Positions 1 through 12,756 of a DNA stretch of 64,000 bases are shown piece after piece. The position numbers and the translations under genes are program-made. How positions within the stretch are numbered: position 1 is the stretch's first letter; each line of letters begins with the position of its first letter. Location: the NCBI RefSeq assembly GCF_004010195.1, contig NC_057720.1, positions 31,022,150-31,086,149 on the forward strand, in the 5' to 3' direction. This DNA comes from Chiloscyllium plagiosum (Eukaryota). The notes beneath the pieces were generated by a model. The model was not told the DNA's origin. It made no database searches and saw only the letters and a list, made by a program, of their open reading frames with translations.

Positions 1-280
1 ATAGGTTTAGAGTGAGAGGGGAAAGATATAAAAGAGACCTAAAGGGGCACCTTTTTCACGTAGAGGGTGGTACGTGTATGGAATGAGCTGCCAGAGGATG
101 TGGTGGAGGCTGGTACAATTGCAACATTTAAGAGGCATTTGGATGGGTATATGAATAGGAAGGGTTTGGAGGGATATGGGCCGGGTGCTGGCAGGTGGGA
201 CTAGATTGGGTTGGGATATCTGGTTGGCATGGACAACTTGGACCGAAGGGTCTGTTTCCATGCTGTACATCTCTATGACT
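1..280 (+). mobile_element. CR1/HER1-type LINE 3' end (truncated by window edge)
   Basis: RT C-terminal coding remnant (…FTxRVVRVWNELPEDVVEAGTI…) followed by the 3' UTR ending ctctatgact, as in other copies in the window. Confidence 0.9.
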
Positions 281-1379
281 TAGTGACTCTAAGTGCCTCA
301 GCCTACATTCCAGCAGGACCATGACAATGCAACTTGTAAGTGTACTCCAAAAGTGCATAATTGAAGTTGGTAAATGTATTTTAAGTGTGTTAGAGATGTG
401 TCATGTCGACAAGGTGAGGCTGATGGGTGTCCATACATAACCTGGGTGAGGGTTGGGTGCAGGCTGTCATTACTCATGGAGTGTACCCTGTGTTATTGCA
501 GTTTTTTAGTCAAAATGGAAGTGCAGAGGCGCAACTCTTGAACTGAAGCCACCTGCTCAAACTTTAAGGCTGGTAATGGTTACCTTCCAGTTCCTATCTG
601 CCACATGGGAGAATGGCAAAATGCTTTGATATGAGGTGAGAATAAGTCATATTAAAATGCTAATAAATGCAAATATACTTATTACTGCTCAATAGTAAGA
701 TTCTCTTCTTGTCATTCAAACCTTAGGTGGAAAATTGGACTTGTTTTCTCGATGTTAAGAATCTCACTTTTCCAATCTCGCCATATTTTCCCCATGGACT
801 GACCTCTGCCAACATTGTTTAGGGGCTGGGAAGATACAGCCTAAGGAAGCCATAGGGGATCAACAAGTAAAAGTGTTCAGCAGCATAATGATGTTACTCA
901 CGGGAATAGTAGAAACCCAGAGTTACTTTTTTCAGTTAACAGCAAGTAGAAATTTCATTAAAAGAATTCAATGTTTACTTCTCCCCTTCAACAAAGGAAC
1001 TATTCTTATAGGTTGATTACTTCTGCGTATCTCCTTTATGTAGAGCTGCACAGTTAAGGAACTTTGTTAAGGAACAAATTGTCTTCTCTAAAATTTAAAC
1101 AATCATGTTACTTTTTTTGCATTGATTTCTTAATATAGTACACCTTCTAAAGACAAAGTTAAGTAATCAGACAACTAAGAGTTCAGGCCAAAACTTTGTA
1201 ACCTTGACAAATCCAGTCACCAATGGTGGTGGACAATATCAGCTGTCATATTCAGTGGAGCTTGATTATGAGAATTTCTACCTTGCCTCTTTCATTGCAA
1301 CCATTATTATCTGTAAACTAGAAATGTAACTATACCATCCACATGAATACTCTGAGTATAAAACAAGCCAGAAGCAGGA

Positions 1380-1800
1380 TTCTTCTGCTTTCTTGACATC
1401 CCATAATCCTCTACCATTTCCAAGACAACAAGTTGGGCATGTGATGCAATGATCTCCATTTATCTTGATCAACAAACCATCCGATAACTTAAATATTCAC
1501 GTACTTCATCGTACTGTGGCTGTTGGCTGTACTACTGATGAATGCAAAGTCACAATTCACTAAAGCTTTTTCAATGGCACCTCATAAATTTGCAATTTCC
1601 ACCACCCAGAAGAACAAAGGCAGGAGGTGTCAAAGAGACCATCACTTTCCTTCTCAAGTCACACACCATCCTGACTTGAAAGTGTGAGTCTAAATTCTGG
1701 AACTCCTTACTTAGCAGAGGTGGTCAAAGAAGGTCCATCACTATCTTCTGAAGGATAACTGAAGATGGTTAGTGTAGTTCAAGATCCCCAGAAAAATAAC
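1380..1800 (+). mobile_element. Decayed 3' part of second CR1-group LINE family (family B)
   Basis: Colinear similarity to 63500-63955 (caagtcacacaccatcctgacttgaaa…aaattctggaactcc…aagaagg). Confidence 0.6.
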
Positions 1801-2132
1801 AATAACAGAAGTCAGTGTAAGAGTTCTTTATGGAGGAGCAATGGATGCAATTCTTCAATCTCTATTTTATTGGTTAATAGATTGAAACATCAACAGACTG
1901 TCACTAATCTGGCTGGTTTGCCTTCTTCCACCACAATGTTTTCTCACCTAAAATGGGTGTAACAAGAATCGCAGCCAAATACTTGCATCATTCTTCTTTC
2001 ATCTACTCATTTGTAATGTGGTCTTGTCAGCTTACATGAAAAATTTTCTTAGGCATCTTTTGAAAATCATTTTTGCTTTTCAATAACTTTATTGTTTTGC
2101 CAGAAATGAAAGCATGGCTTAAACTTATACTT

Positions 2133-2443
2133 GGGCGGCAAGGCGGCACAGTGGTTAGCACTGCTGCCTCACAGCGCCATAGACCAGGGTTCAATTCCTG
2201 TCTCAGGCGACTCTCTGTGTGGAGTTTGCACATTCTCCCCGTGTCTGCGTGGGTTTCCTCCGGGTGCTCTGGTTTCCTCCCACAATCCAAAAATGTGCAG
2301 GTTAGGTGAATTGGCCATGCTAAATTGCCTGTAGTGTTAGGTGAAGGGGTAAATATAGGGAAATAGGTCTGGGTGGGTTGCGGGTTGGTGTGGACTTGTT
2401 GGGCCAAAGGGCCTGTTTCCACACTGTAAGTAATCTAATCTAA
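2133..2443 (+). mobile_element. HE1-like tRNA-derived V-SINE
   Basis: A/B boxes (ggcacagtggttagc…ggttcaattcc), V-domain tgtgtggagtttgcacattctccccgtgtctgcgtgggtttcctccggg, CR1-type tail ending (taatc)n. Confidence 0.93.
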
Positions 2444-2796
2444 TGATGAGACAAACACAATAATTTGTTTTCTTATTTAACCTATATTTTTGAGTGCTGG
2501 TCTGAGTTCATAACAATGTTCTTGCAAACGTTCCTGTTTTGTGAGAGAAGAGAAATACAAATTAGAAGGTTTTGGTGAAGCATGCACAGCTTTATACTGA
2601 CAAATCTTTCTGTAATTATAATACTTAGTACTTAAGTATTCGATGTTAGAAGGAGGATCCGAGATACTGAATAGATTGAATAGTTTTACACTTGGGTACT
2701 TTGGAGAGACAAGAAATATTTTAATTGAATCTTCAGTTATGCTGTCACAATTAATAGAGGAAATAGAGATACAGGAAAGAACTGGAGTAACTCCCT

Positions 2797-3155
2797 AATA
2801 AGACCAAAAGACATAGGAGCAGATGTAGGTCAGACTATTGAGTTCACTCTGCCATTCAGTGGGATCATAGCTGAGCTGATAATGCTCAACTCCAATTTCT
2901 TACCTTATCCCCACAATCCTTGAGTTCTTTGTTGATTAAATCTGTCTGTTTCAGCCTTGAATATATTTAACAATTCAGTCATTGCAACTCTCAGAGGTAA
3001 AGAATTCCACGGACTCACTGTCCTCTGAGAGATGGAATATCTTCTAATCTTTGTCTTAAGTGTGTGATTTCTTATTCTGAGATGATGCCTTCTGGTCCTA
3101 GACTCTTCCACAATGGAATCAACCTCTCCACCTTTTAAGTTCTCTAAGAATCTAT
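2797..3155 (-). mobile_element. CR1 LINE 3' fragment
   Basis: Minus ORF segment VEESRTRRHHLRIR…SQRTVSPWNSLP…LNIFKAETDRF plus CR1 3' UTR. Confidence 0.85.
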
Positions 3156-3539
3156 CTGGCATTTGGGCTAATGCTAAAATACTAATCATATGTGAGGGAT
3201 ATACAAAATAGAGTTTTGCCTTTCTCAGTTGGCATGGCTGTGAGAAGTTCATAAATGGCAACCTCATGTCCTAAAAATCCAAGCAATCCAATTTTTAGAT
3301 CCATGCTTCAATCTAAGAAAAGAATGATCTTTTCCATTCCAAATGTAGTATTCTTATGCGCAACACTCTGGACTCTGGTTATATTGATGATTTGCTGAGG
3401 AATTGACATTGAGATGACTCAAGATACAACATTTCCTTTCAAGTACAATTGTTCTTAATTAGGTCCTGAATTTCCTCAATACGTCTGTTCTTCTTGCTGG
3501 AACAAAAATGGAGAATACCTGATCAAATTCGAAGCTAAT

Positions 3540-5345
3540 GTGACAGAGGATCTTCAAGTTTTTCTCAAATTTCCAGCTTTAATAAATGACAGTGGTGCAG
3601 TCGTGAAGGAGTCTTCTTATCAACCTCTTTATAAAATACAAAAAAAAAACAAGAGACAGATATGGAAAGGGCAAATAGAATATGAATGCAATCTAGCAAA
3701 AACTGTAAGAACAAACTGTAAAAGAGTCTGTAGGTAAACATTTGGCTAAAACAAATGTTGTCCCCTTATAGACAGAGACAGGAACATTTATAATGAGGAA
3801 CAGAGAAATAGTAGAGAAACAAAATGATTACTTTGTGTCTTTTTTTCACCAGGGAAGATCCACAAATCTGCCGGAGGAGAGATCCAAGTGACTAGGAAGG
3901 ATAAGGATTTGAAGAAAATTCGCATTAGTGAAAAGATTGCACTGGAGAAATTAGTGGGGTTGAAAATTAATAAATCCTCAGGACCTTATGGTCTACTTTG
4001 TATATTGTTGAAGGAAGTGGCTATAGAGACACTCAATCAATTGGTGATTATTTTACATAATTCTACAACTTCTGAAATGCTTGGTTTGGATTGAAAGATA
4101 GAAAATATCACCTCACTTCTTAAGAAGGAAGCTTGAGAAAAAGTAGGGACTACAGGTTTGTTAACCTTACATCAGCAATAGGGAGAATGCTAGAACCTAG
4201 TCTAAAGGGTGGGATAAATAGAGGCCTGGTTCTTAATGATCTGATTGGGCATAGTCAGCATGGATTTGCAAACAGTAAACCATGTTTGGTGAACTTGTTG
4301 GAGTTGCTAACAAAATTGATAAAGGAGAACTGTTAGATGTAATGTACTTAGATTTTCAGAAAGCTCTTGATAAAGCCACCCACAAGGGGTTGGTTCTATA
4401 GGTTAGTCTGCATGGGAAAGGAGGCACTACACTGGCATGGATTAATAATTAACAAACAGATAGTGACCAGTAGGGTACTTGGTGATATGTTTACAATATA
4501 CAGTATATCAATGATTTGGTGGTGGAGATCAAAAGTAATATTTCCAAATTTGATACAAAACTAAGTGAGAATATCTGTTATAAGGAAGAGTAAGCAGCTT
4601 CAGGGGGATATTGACAGACTTAGTGAGTGGACAAGAACAGGGCAGATAGAATATATTATGGAAGAAAATGAGGTTGTCCACTTTGATGAGGGTACCAGGT
4701 ATACTGAGTAAATTTTTAAGTGGTAAGAGGCTGGAAAGTGCAGATGTACAAAAGGAACTAGGTATCCTTGACCTTGAACGCTACCATTCAAATGCAGCAA
4801 CTATTAGGAAGGCGAATGTAATGTTAGCTTTTAACATGAGAAGATTTGAATATGGGAGGGATAGACAATTGTCTCAATAGTTTGGGAGCTTGGTAAGACT
4901 GCATTGGAAAATTGTGTTAGGGATTGTTCTATGAAGAGATGTTTGGCAAACTGGTTTTGTATTCTCAAGAATTTTGAAGAATGAGAGGTGAATTCATTGG
5001 AATATACAAAATACTGAAAGGGATAGGCTGGGTAGACGCAGGTTAGATGTTTCCCAGGTGGGGGAGTCTTGAACTGGGGGCATAATTTAAAAGTAAGGGG
5101 GGTGCCACATAGGTCCAAGATGAAGAGAATTTTTTTTAACTCAGTGTGTTATGAACAACATCTTGGAATTCTCTATCCTGGAGGGCTGTGCAAGTTCTGT
5201 CTTTGTGGTTAACAATGGATTATAGGGTTATCACCTGAGATTGGGTGAGTAAAAGACATTGAAGTGTTTGATCAGCCATGATTGCATTAAATGACAGAGC
5301 AGGTGTGATGGGCTGAATGGTCTCCTCTTGTTCCTTTGTTCCTAC
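3540..5345 (+). mobile_element. Degenerate CR1 LINE ORF2 (RT) plus 3' UTR
   Basis: Frameshifted peptides KINKSSGPYGL, DYRFVNLTS, SQHGFANSKPCLVNLLE, YLDFQKA. Confidence 0.88.
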
Positions 5346-6508
5346 AATGTGAATGATTGAATACACACAAGTTCCCATCCGCAGGTAGACAAATTTACAC
5401 ACACATATACACACTCACACAGCTATTACAAAAGATATTATTTTGACATAAGTATAGTTTATAATTAATATTTTGTACTTTAAATGCCATCACTACACAG
5501 TCACTAAACAATGCCATCATGGCAACCTTTTGCGTGGTGTTATGTGCATGTCTTGTAAGCATAAAATAAAATTGAGTATTCAGTGTGAAAATCAGCCGGA
5601 AAGATTTTCAATGACAGGAGATGGCAGCTCCAATGTTCTTGGCATTGATCTTGGCAATATGCACCATCTGATATATTTATATTTTATTTATTTTCCTTTC
5701 AGGTTTTGGCACATAGTTGGTCCCTTCTTTATGTCCCAGCACCAGACAACATCCTGTGGTTAGGAGGCTGGGAAAACAGTGTACTTGATGACCTCTGGAA
5801 TTAATGTTCATGAGGAAGTGCACAAGAATGGCTCAGGCTGACTCACCAATTTTCTTACCCATCCTCCTTCGCGGCTTTATGAGATGCACCTCACCTCTGC
5901 TTAGAGTTTCCTTGACTCGAAAGTGACTGGCTGTGGCTGGCAACTCATTGTTTTCGAAGTCAGTGACAGGAATTTGCTTCTTAACATTTTGTGTCTACAT
6001 CGGCTGAGATATTTTTGGGAGCCAGAAAAATTTTCAGCTGTAGCCGGATAAATTCAGCCTAATCCCTTTAGTAACAATCTTGAAAACTACACAGTTATTT
6101 TGTTTTCAAAATATTTTTCTAATGTATTTTCTCTCCCTGTGCCAAACATCTGTTCACACAGTGATGCCTTAGAGCTCAAGAATATCATGCACAGCCATCC
6201 TGATTTCAAAATGCTTTTCTACATACAAAGAGCAATGGAAATGTTGAAGTTACTTGCTCAAAAATCTGCTGAAGGCGTGTTAATTGAAAATTTCAAAGCA
6301 GAGATTGCTAGCTTTTGTTAGACAAAAGCAAGAGAGGAAGTGAATTAAGAAACTGATCCGCCACAATTGGCTTGGGAGGTGGAAACAGTCGTGATGAATG
6401 ACCAATCACTGTTCTTAGATCATATAATCATAAGACATTGGAGCAGGAGTAGGCCGTTAAAAGTAGACCACTATTCTACGCGATAACAGCGGATCTGATA
6501 ATCTTCAA

Positions 6509-6651
6509 ATAAAAAACTGGAAGAACTTCAGATACCTGTAAATCAGAGACAAAAAGGAAAAGCACAGCAGGTCTGGCAGCATCTGTGGAGAGAAATCAGA
6601 GTTAATGTTACGGGTCAAGTGACCCTTCCTTAGAACTAATCTTGCTCAGGA
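6509..6651 (-). mobile_element. Penelope-like pLTR fragment with 14 bp TSD
   Basis: TSD ctgataatcttcaa at 6495-6508 and 6652-6665; body matches PLE ends at 40560-41030 and 50153-50275. Confidence 0.8.
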
Positions 6652-8304
6652 CTGATAATCTTCAACTCTTCTTTCCTGCCTTTTTCCCATGACCCTTGAT
6701 GCCCCGGCTGAATTAAAATCTATCTCAACCTTGAATATACTCAACAGCCCAACCTTAACAGCCCCCTGTAGCAAAACTTTCCATAGTTTCACTATGCTCT
6801 GGAGAAAACAAAACCCTCCTCGTCTCTGTCCTAATGGGATGACCCCTTACTTTGAAATTATGCTCTCTGGTCATTACAAGGGGAAACTACCTTTTCGCAT
6901 CTACCTTATCACGTCCCCTAAGAATCTTGTATGTTTCAAACCAGTTGTCTCTATTTTAAGCTGCAATGAATACAGGCCATCTCTTCATAAGATAACCTCT
7001 ATACCCATAATCCATCTAGTGTACTTTATCTGGAGTGCCTCCAATGACAGCATGTCTTTGTGTTCATATTATTATACTCCATTCGCTTTGAAATAACAGC
7101 CAACAGTTAATTTGCCTTCTATATTACCTTCTGAATTTGGATGCTTGTACTTTGTGATCCATGCATGAGGACTTCCAAATTGCCTCTGTTTTTGTGGTCT
7201 TTATCCATTTCAATAACATCCATCTCCTTTATTCTTCGTACCAAATGTGTAACCTCACATTTACCCACATTGCATTTCATCTACCTAATTTGTGCCCACT
7301 TGTTTAAACTGTCCATCTCCCTCTCGAGTTGCTCTGTGTTGGTCTCAATATTTGACTACCCACCTATTTTTAAGTCATCCACAAACTTGGCAATATTGCA
7401 TTCATGTTCCAAATTCATTCACGTTCCAAGTACATTCAAAAACCAAGACTGTGGGAAAAGTCAAGATGGCCACAGTGGAGTAGCGGCACTGCATTTGTGT
7501 TCCTGGTCCGGGGCTCATCTGCCTCCATCTGTTTTCTTTGTTTCATTGTTTTCCTTTTTCTCTTGTGTTCTCTTTTCTTTCTTTTTAAGACCTTTTAAGA
7601 CAGTGGCAGCAGGAGACAGTGGGCCAAAAGCATGGAGCAGAACAAGATGGAGGGCGGACTGGGATCATGGGGGAGAGAAGAGTGCGACCCGGCTATGCAG
7701 AGGACAGAGTGAGCCAGCTATTCAAGATAGTGGGATCAGCATGGTAGACCCATCCGCTCCAGGCTGACCATATTCTTCTTTTTCTCTCTTCTCTCTGCCT
7801 CTCGCCATTTCTTAATTTAGCTTCTGAAGTTCTGGAGAGAGAGGCAGCAGCAGTGATGGTATCGAGGGGAGCGTGGCAGCGGCTATGGGTCCTGGGTGGT
7901 TTCAGCAGGAGGTCTGGTGCATGGAAGCGACTGTAGGCCTGAGCCCAATGTGGTTAGAGTGAGCCTGAAGTGTCAGTCCTTCAGAACCTGCAGTGTCGAG
8001 AGCAGGAAGCTCGAGGTTTCTCATAGAGTGAGCCAAAGCGGAGGATTCCAAGCCCTAGCAGGGAATGCACTTAAGGAAGATTGTTGAACCTTTACCTTTA
8101 TTCCTTATTTTCCAACTTAATACTAGAAAGAATTGTAAAGTTAACCTTTAACTTTACTTTTTTAGTGTTCTACTTGTGCTAAGAACAATGGTAATGCTTT
8201 ATTTTTAACTTTATTTCTCATTGTTACTATTTGTACCTAAATTTTGTAACTAAGTGTCTTTGTACCTAAGATGGAGGCTTGTGTAGTGACATTATATACT
8301 TTTC

Positions 8305-8520
8305 ACTAGCAAGTTTTGAGAAGATTTGTAGCTCAGTTTGAGGTTCTGGATGTAGGTTTGCTCGCTGAGCTGGAAGGTTTGATTTCAGACATTTTGTCAC
8401 CATACTAGGTAACATCATCAGTGAGCCTCCAGATGAAGCACTGGTGGCATGGCCCACTTTCTAGTTATGTGTTTAAATTTCCTCAGGTTAGTGATGTCAT
8501 TTCCTATTATTTTTCCCAGG
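8305..8520 (-). mobile_element. Penelope (Poseidon-like) pLTR fragment
   Basis: Minus strand ggaggctcactgatgatgttacctagtatggtgacaaaatgtctga…gagctacaaatcttctcaaaact; imperfect flanking duplication tatacttttcact/tacatttttcact. Confidence 0.7.
8385..8424 (-). ncRNA. Minimal type I hammerhead ribozyme relic
   Basis: UCA-CUGAUGA-U-GUUACC(UAGUAU)GGUGAC-AAAA-UG-UC-UGA; stems I and II pair, GAAA decayed to AAAA. Confidence 0.6.
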
Positions 8521-9942
8521 TACATTTTTCACTGTACTCCTGTACCTCTGTACTCGAGTACACATGATAATAAAGCTTAAATAAAATCAAATAAACTTTC
8601 CTCAACCAAATTATTAAAGTATATTGTAAATAATTGTGTCCCCAGCATTGATCCCTGTGGTATTCCACTAGTTTCAGATTGCCAGCCTGACAATCCTCCC
8701 CATTAGCCAACTCCTTATCTTCTAGTAGTATTTGCCCAATCTTCTATCACACTCTTTATCCCTGCAGGACCCACTCTCATCTCCACACAAGCAGCAAGAA
8801 CCTTGTAAATGTTGGACAGTTGCAAGGACTGAGGTTCTTCAAATGTAACCACTTGGGTCCCAAAAACCTGCATCACCAGAAGTCACAACCTCCTGTCCTT
8901 GATCATAGACCAATTTTGAATTACCCAGTGTCAGGCTTGTGACTGTCCTCTGGAGAAAAATGTCCAGATAACCTTTCCTTAACTTGATGTGGTGTAATAT
9001 CTGCAGCTCAGGCTCTAGCTTCTCAATTTGGATCTGAAGTCCTTTGAGTTGCAGAAGCTTACTCCTGACGCATTTGCTCTGGATCCAGCAGCTTGGAGTC
9101 CAGCAGCTTCCACTTACTACAGCAGCAACACATCATACATCCTGCCATAGTGGTTATATTCATTTAGTTTATAAATTAATTAATCTAGATTCTCTGCTCT
9201 TTATTGTAATGACTTTTTAATTTTTTTTAAAACCACCAGTTTTAATCATATAATTTTACTTTTAAGGCTAGGAATATTCTCCAATCCTATTCACAAACAG
9301 CTGCACTTGCATCATGCTGTGGTTTGTGACATCACTCTGCTCCTGGTCTCACTGCTGATTGGCCTCTCGGCCCATGCTTTTTACCCTCTCACACTCACCT
9401 GTCATTCTGGAGCATTTACTTCTTGTAGTAAGCCTTACTTAAAGCTCCTCTGTCCCACATTTCATGGAATTCCCATTGAACCAAACTTCCAGTTCACTCA
9501 CTCAGTCTTTGCCTCACTCAGCTGAAGTCTCCTTCACACTATATTCCCTCGGACTCTAATTTTGTTTTAATATCTGTTATGATTGGACAGGAGATCTTTC
9601 AAGCAAAGCAGACTTCTGTAAGTCTCCACATTGTGAAGTTACAGATGGCTGACATGATTGAGCAATGCGTGGTGTTCACATTTCAGGATAAAACTGAAAC
9701 TGAGCAATCAGAGCTGACATTTATTGATCCAGAATTTTTTTCATGTCTGCAGAAAGCAGAAACCAATATAGTGTGAAGAAGATATTAATATCAAGATATA
9801 AATATCATTTATGTTCAGCCATCGTGGTCATTTAATTTGATGAATCTTCATTAACTGTTGTGAACAACCAGTATGAGCATTTAAGCATTATTTAATTAAT
9901 TTCTGACCAACAAAGAACAAAACATTCACCTGTAGCAAACCT

Positions 9943-10250
9943 GGGCGGCACGGTGGCACAGTGGTTAGCACTGCTGCCTCACAGCACCAGAGACCCGGGT
10001 TCAATTCCCGCCTCAGGCGACTGACTGTGTGGAGTTTGCACATTCTCCCCGTGTCTGCGTGGGTTTCCTCCGGTTTCCTCCCACAGTCCAAAGATGTGCA
10101 GGGTCAGGTGAATTGGTCATACTAAATTGCCCGTAGTGTTAGGTAAGGGGCAAATGTAGGGGTATGGGTGGGTTTCGCTTCGGCGGGTCAGTGTGGACTT
10201 GTTGGGCCGAAGGGCCTGTTTCCACACTGTAATGTAATCTAATCTAATCT
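9943..10250 (+). mobile_element. HE1-like V-SINE (young, CpG-rich)
   Basis: Same structure as 2133-2443, with a small internal deletion between the ggtttcctcc repeats; (taatc)n tail. Confidence 0.93.
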
Positions 10251-11012
10251 CTCTTATTGATGTAGTCAGAGTATGCAAACAATTAAATGCATTGGTTGTC
10301 CATTTTAATTACTTTGAAAATGTAGTTGAATGTTCCATGTTTTTAAAAGATCTATTTAAACTGTCAAGTAAAGTTACGTATAAGCCTCATTCCTTCCACT
10401 TTGCCAATTTCCTCTCTCTGCCAGCTGTAAAGCCTTGAAATGAATGAGTTTGGGAAGTATTAGTTTAGCTTACCAGATCCCACTGCGCAAAACTGGCCAT
10501 AATTTTGTTTGTATTGATAACGTCACTTACAAAATCTAAACTGATGACATTTTATGTTAAGTGTACAAGTCTAGTCGGATACATTTTTTATTCAATTACT
10601 ATAATGGCTGTAACCATTAAAGGGAGCTGCTCTGCAAACAAAGCCTCATTACTGAGACATCACAGATTGCTCTTTGGGCTGACCAATAACCTATGCTGCG
10701 ACTAATCCATTTTTATTTGTGTTTCACATGTCCTCTCTTACCTCAACTGAGATCTGAAAGCATGTTGTTTTGCCATAATATAAATTGTTTGAGAGAGACG
10801 TTCATGAAACTGAGTAGACAATTCTTCAAAAAGCTCCACTTACAACTACTGATTCAATACATTAGAGCTGAAGTATATGTCATGATAATGGATCAAAACA
10901 CTGATGTATTTAGAGATATTGAACTTTTAATTATGACAGGTGGCTGTTTATGTAAAAAAAAAGACATATAGACAAAAGATATTAGGGGACATAGAGAGGG
11001 AGAGATCCTGGA

Positions 11013-11893
11013 ATGTTACATCTGATGAGGTGTCAAGGAAGTTTCAAATAGATGTCCTACAAATGGAACTGTAATGTCCTGGGAGTTATCTCAGACTATA
11101 AGCATGATGGGAAAAGACAGCATTCTGGGTGTGAGACATATTTTTGTGTTTTTCCTTTCAATGAAACATAAAAACAGCATTTAAAAGACAGTTCAAACCT
11201 GGTCTGTGTTTGCTAGTAGAAGAAGGTGTGCTAGGGAGCAGAGGTGCTCATGTTTGCCAGTGGGCTGAGGTATTTCTCAGTTTATGGTGCTGGTGTGCTA
11301 TGAAGGCCAGCGTCAAATAACCACTTCACTAGTTACCCCTGCATGCAGGTAAAGGATTCTTTTGCTAGAAACCAGTTAGCCAACAAGATATCCACAAGCA
11401 AACAGGACAACTGAAGGACTCTCTCAACAAAAGAAAACAGGACAAAGGATTTCAACTAATCTGCAAAGCCATGAGTTCTGAAATCGACTGTTCAACTACA
11501 AACACTTCACTAACTACTCTTCATTACTGACTCACATAAATGGATTCATATATCTTTTAGCTTTTCTTTGGACTTACGTGTCATTTCTAATCTTGGTGCA
11601 TGTGCTATGTTATTTCATCTCACATTTAATAACTAATAAACTCATTCTTGTTCATTCAAGAAAGCCTAGTTAAACTGGCTCCTTTTACAACATGAAGTCA
11701 TTTGGTCTCGGAAAAAGGTATCCACAGGGAGTGCAGCTTTTGGAAATTAGCTTTGTTGCAATCAACCAAGAGGGCAAGTGAACAAAGTAGGGTAGCCAGT
11801 TTATCGTTTCCCACCTGGTGCTTGATAATTTGGAGTATTTTGTCTGAGATGGTAATAACTTAAAGAACATTGCCTGGGGGTCTAATCATAACA
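11013..11893 (+). mobile_element. Possible decayed solo LTR
   Basis: tgtta…taaca termini and an internal aataaa; no matching TSD. Confidence 0.3.
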
Positions 11894-12632
11894 TGTCGGT
11901 AATAATTTGATTGACTAAATGCTCCTGTCTTCTGATGTTAAACATTTCAAAATTGTTGGAAATTAGCAGGGATAATTCTGTTAAACATGTAATTTGAGGA
12001 TATCTAAACATCCTTATTCTAGTTTTATGACTGGCCTAACTAGCTTCAATACTTTGTATGATTGTAATTCATTTTCATACGTTGGTGTTACATTTTATTT
12101 CCAGAGCTGTAGGAGGGAACTGGATATCAGTCAACTAAAACCTTACCCTTTGAACCTCTTCAGCATGTAACCCATGCTGCTGTGATGAAAGTCTGCTCTG
12201 TCGAATATAAAAGCCTTATATCCAGCCTGGAGAGTCATGGCAATACTGTAACATGGGAAACATGCCAAGTCTGATGTCATTTCAAGTAACCTAAGTAATG
12301 GGAGATATTTTAAAATGACTTATTTATGCCTATATTCATGGACACATTTCCAATGCAGAGGTTTAATTTCCAGTGAGGAGCTTGCAAGGATGATAGAAAT
12401 GGCAAATAATGATGCAACTGACAAGCTAGTAGCATGCTTATAGCAGCATATGGATGGTGTAGTCTGAAGCTGTCACAACCAAAGTTGGAACAGATGAGAC
12501 AGGAGGAGGACAGGTCATCTACTCCAGTAGCATTCCACATTTTAACAATTAAGGAATTAATTGATGAAATGAGTGACACTATGTTGAGCATGTTCAGTGA
12601 CTTACTGGAAACCAGGATAGGATCCAAAAATT

Positions 12633-12756
12633 AGGAGAAAGTGAGGACTGCAGATGCTGGAGATCAGAGCTTAAAAATGTGTTGCTGGAAACGATTCTCC
12701 TGCTCCTTTGATGCTGCCTGACCTGCTGCGCTTTTCCAGCAACACATTTTTAAGCG
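12633..12756. mobile_element. Fold-back Penelope-like micro-insertion with 14 bp TSD
   Basis: TSD aggatccaaaaatt at 12619-12632 and 12757-12770; inverted arms 12669-12691 and 12733-12755. Confidence 0.88.

Larger units (their letters stand above)
7404..8595 (+). mobile_element. Non-coding (non-autonomous) retroelement with Rex1/L2-like tail
   Basis: Interrupts the CR1; head caagatggcc; tail ttttcactgtactc…gtacacatgataataaa plus A-rich end; same tail recurs at 61488-61585. Confidence 0.65.
6417..9330 (-). mobile_element. Old CR1 LINE (3' UTR, RT and 5' remnants) interrupted by PLE and non-autonomous inserts
   Basis: Tail atcataagac…ggagcaggagtaggcc; RT region breaks at ~7403 and resumes ~8596 (VEYHRDQCWGHNY = off-frame GVPQGSVLGP region). 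Confidence 0.75.

Noticed and set aside
2133..2205. tRNA-like sequence
   Set aside because: It is a SINE head continuing into the V-domain, with no complete cloverleaf.
2027..2422. Recurrent ORFs such as DCGRKPEHPEETH / LCGVCTFSP
   Set aside because: They are translations of SINE copies, not genes.
7141..7767. 208 aa ORF with a hydrophobic stretch
   Set aside because: It is a chance read-through of antisense CR1 and a T-rich repeat tract.
9579..9776. 65 aa ORF in unique sequence
   Set aside because: No recognisable domain or coherent exon structure.
11020..11060. ctgatgag hammerhead-like start
   Set aside because: No stem II or properly placed GAAA.
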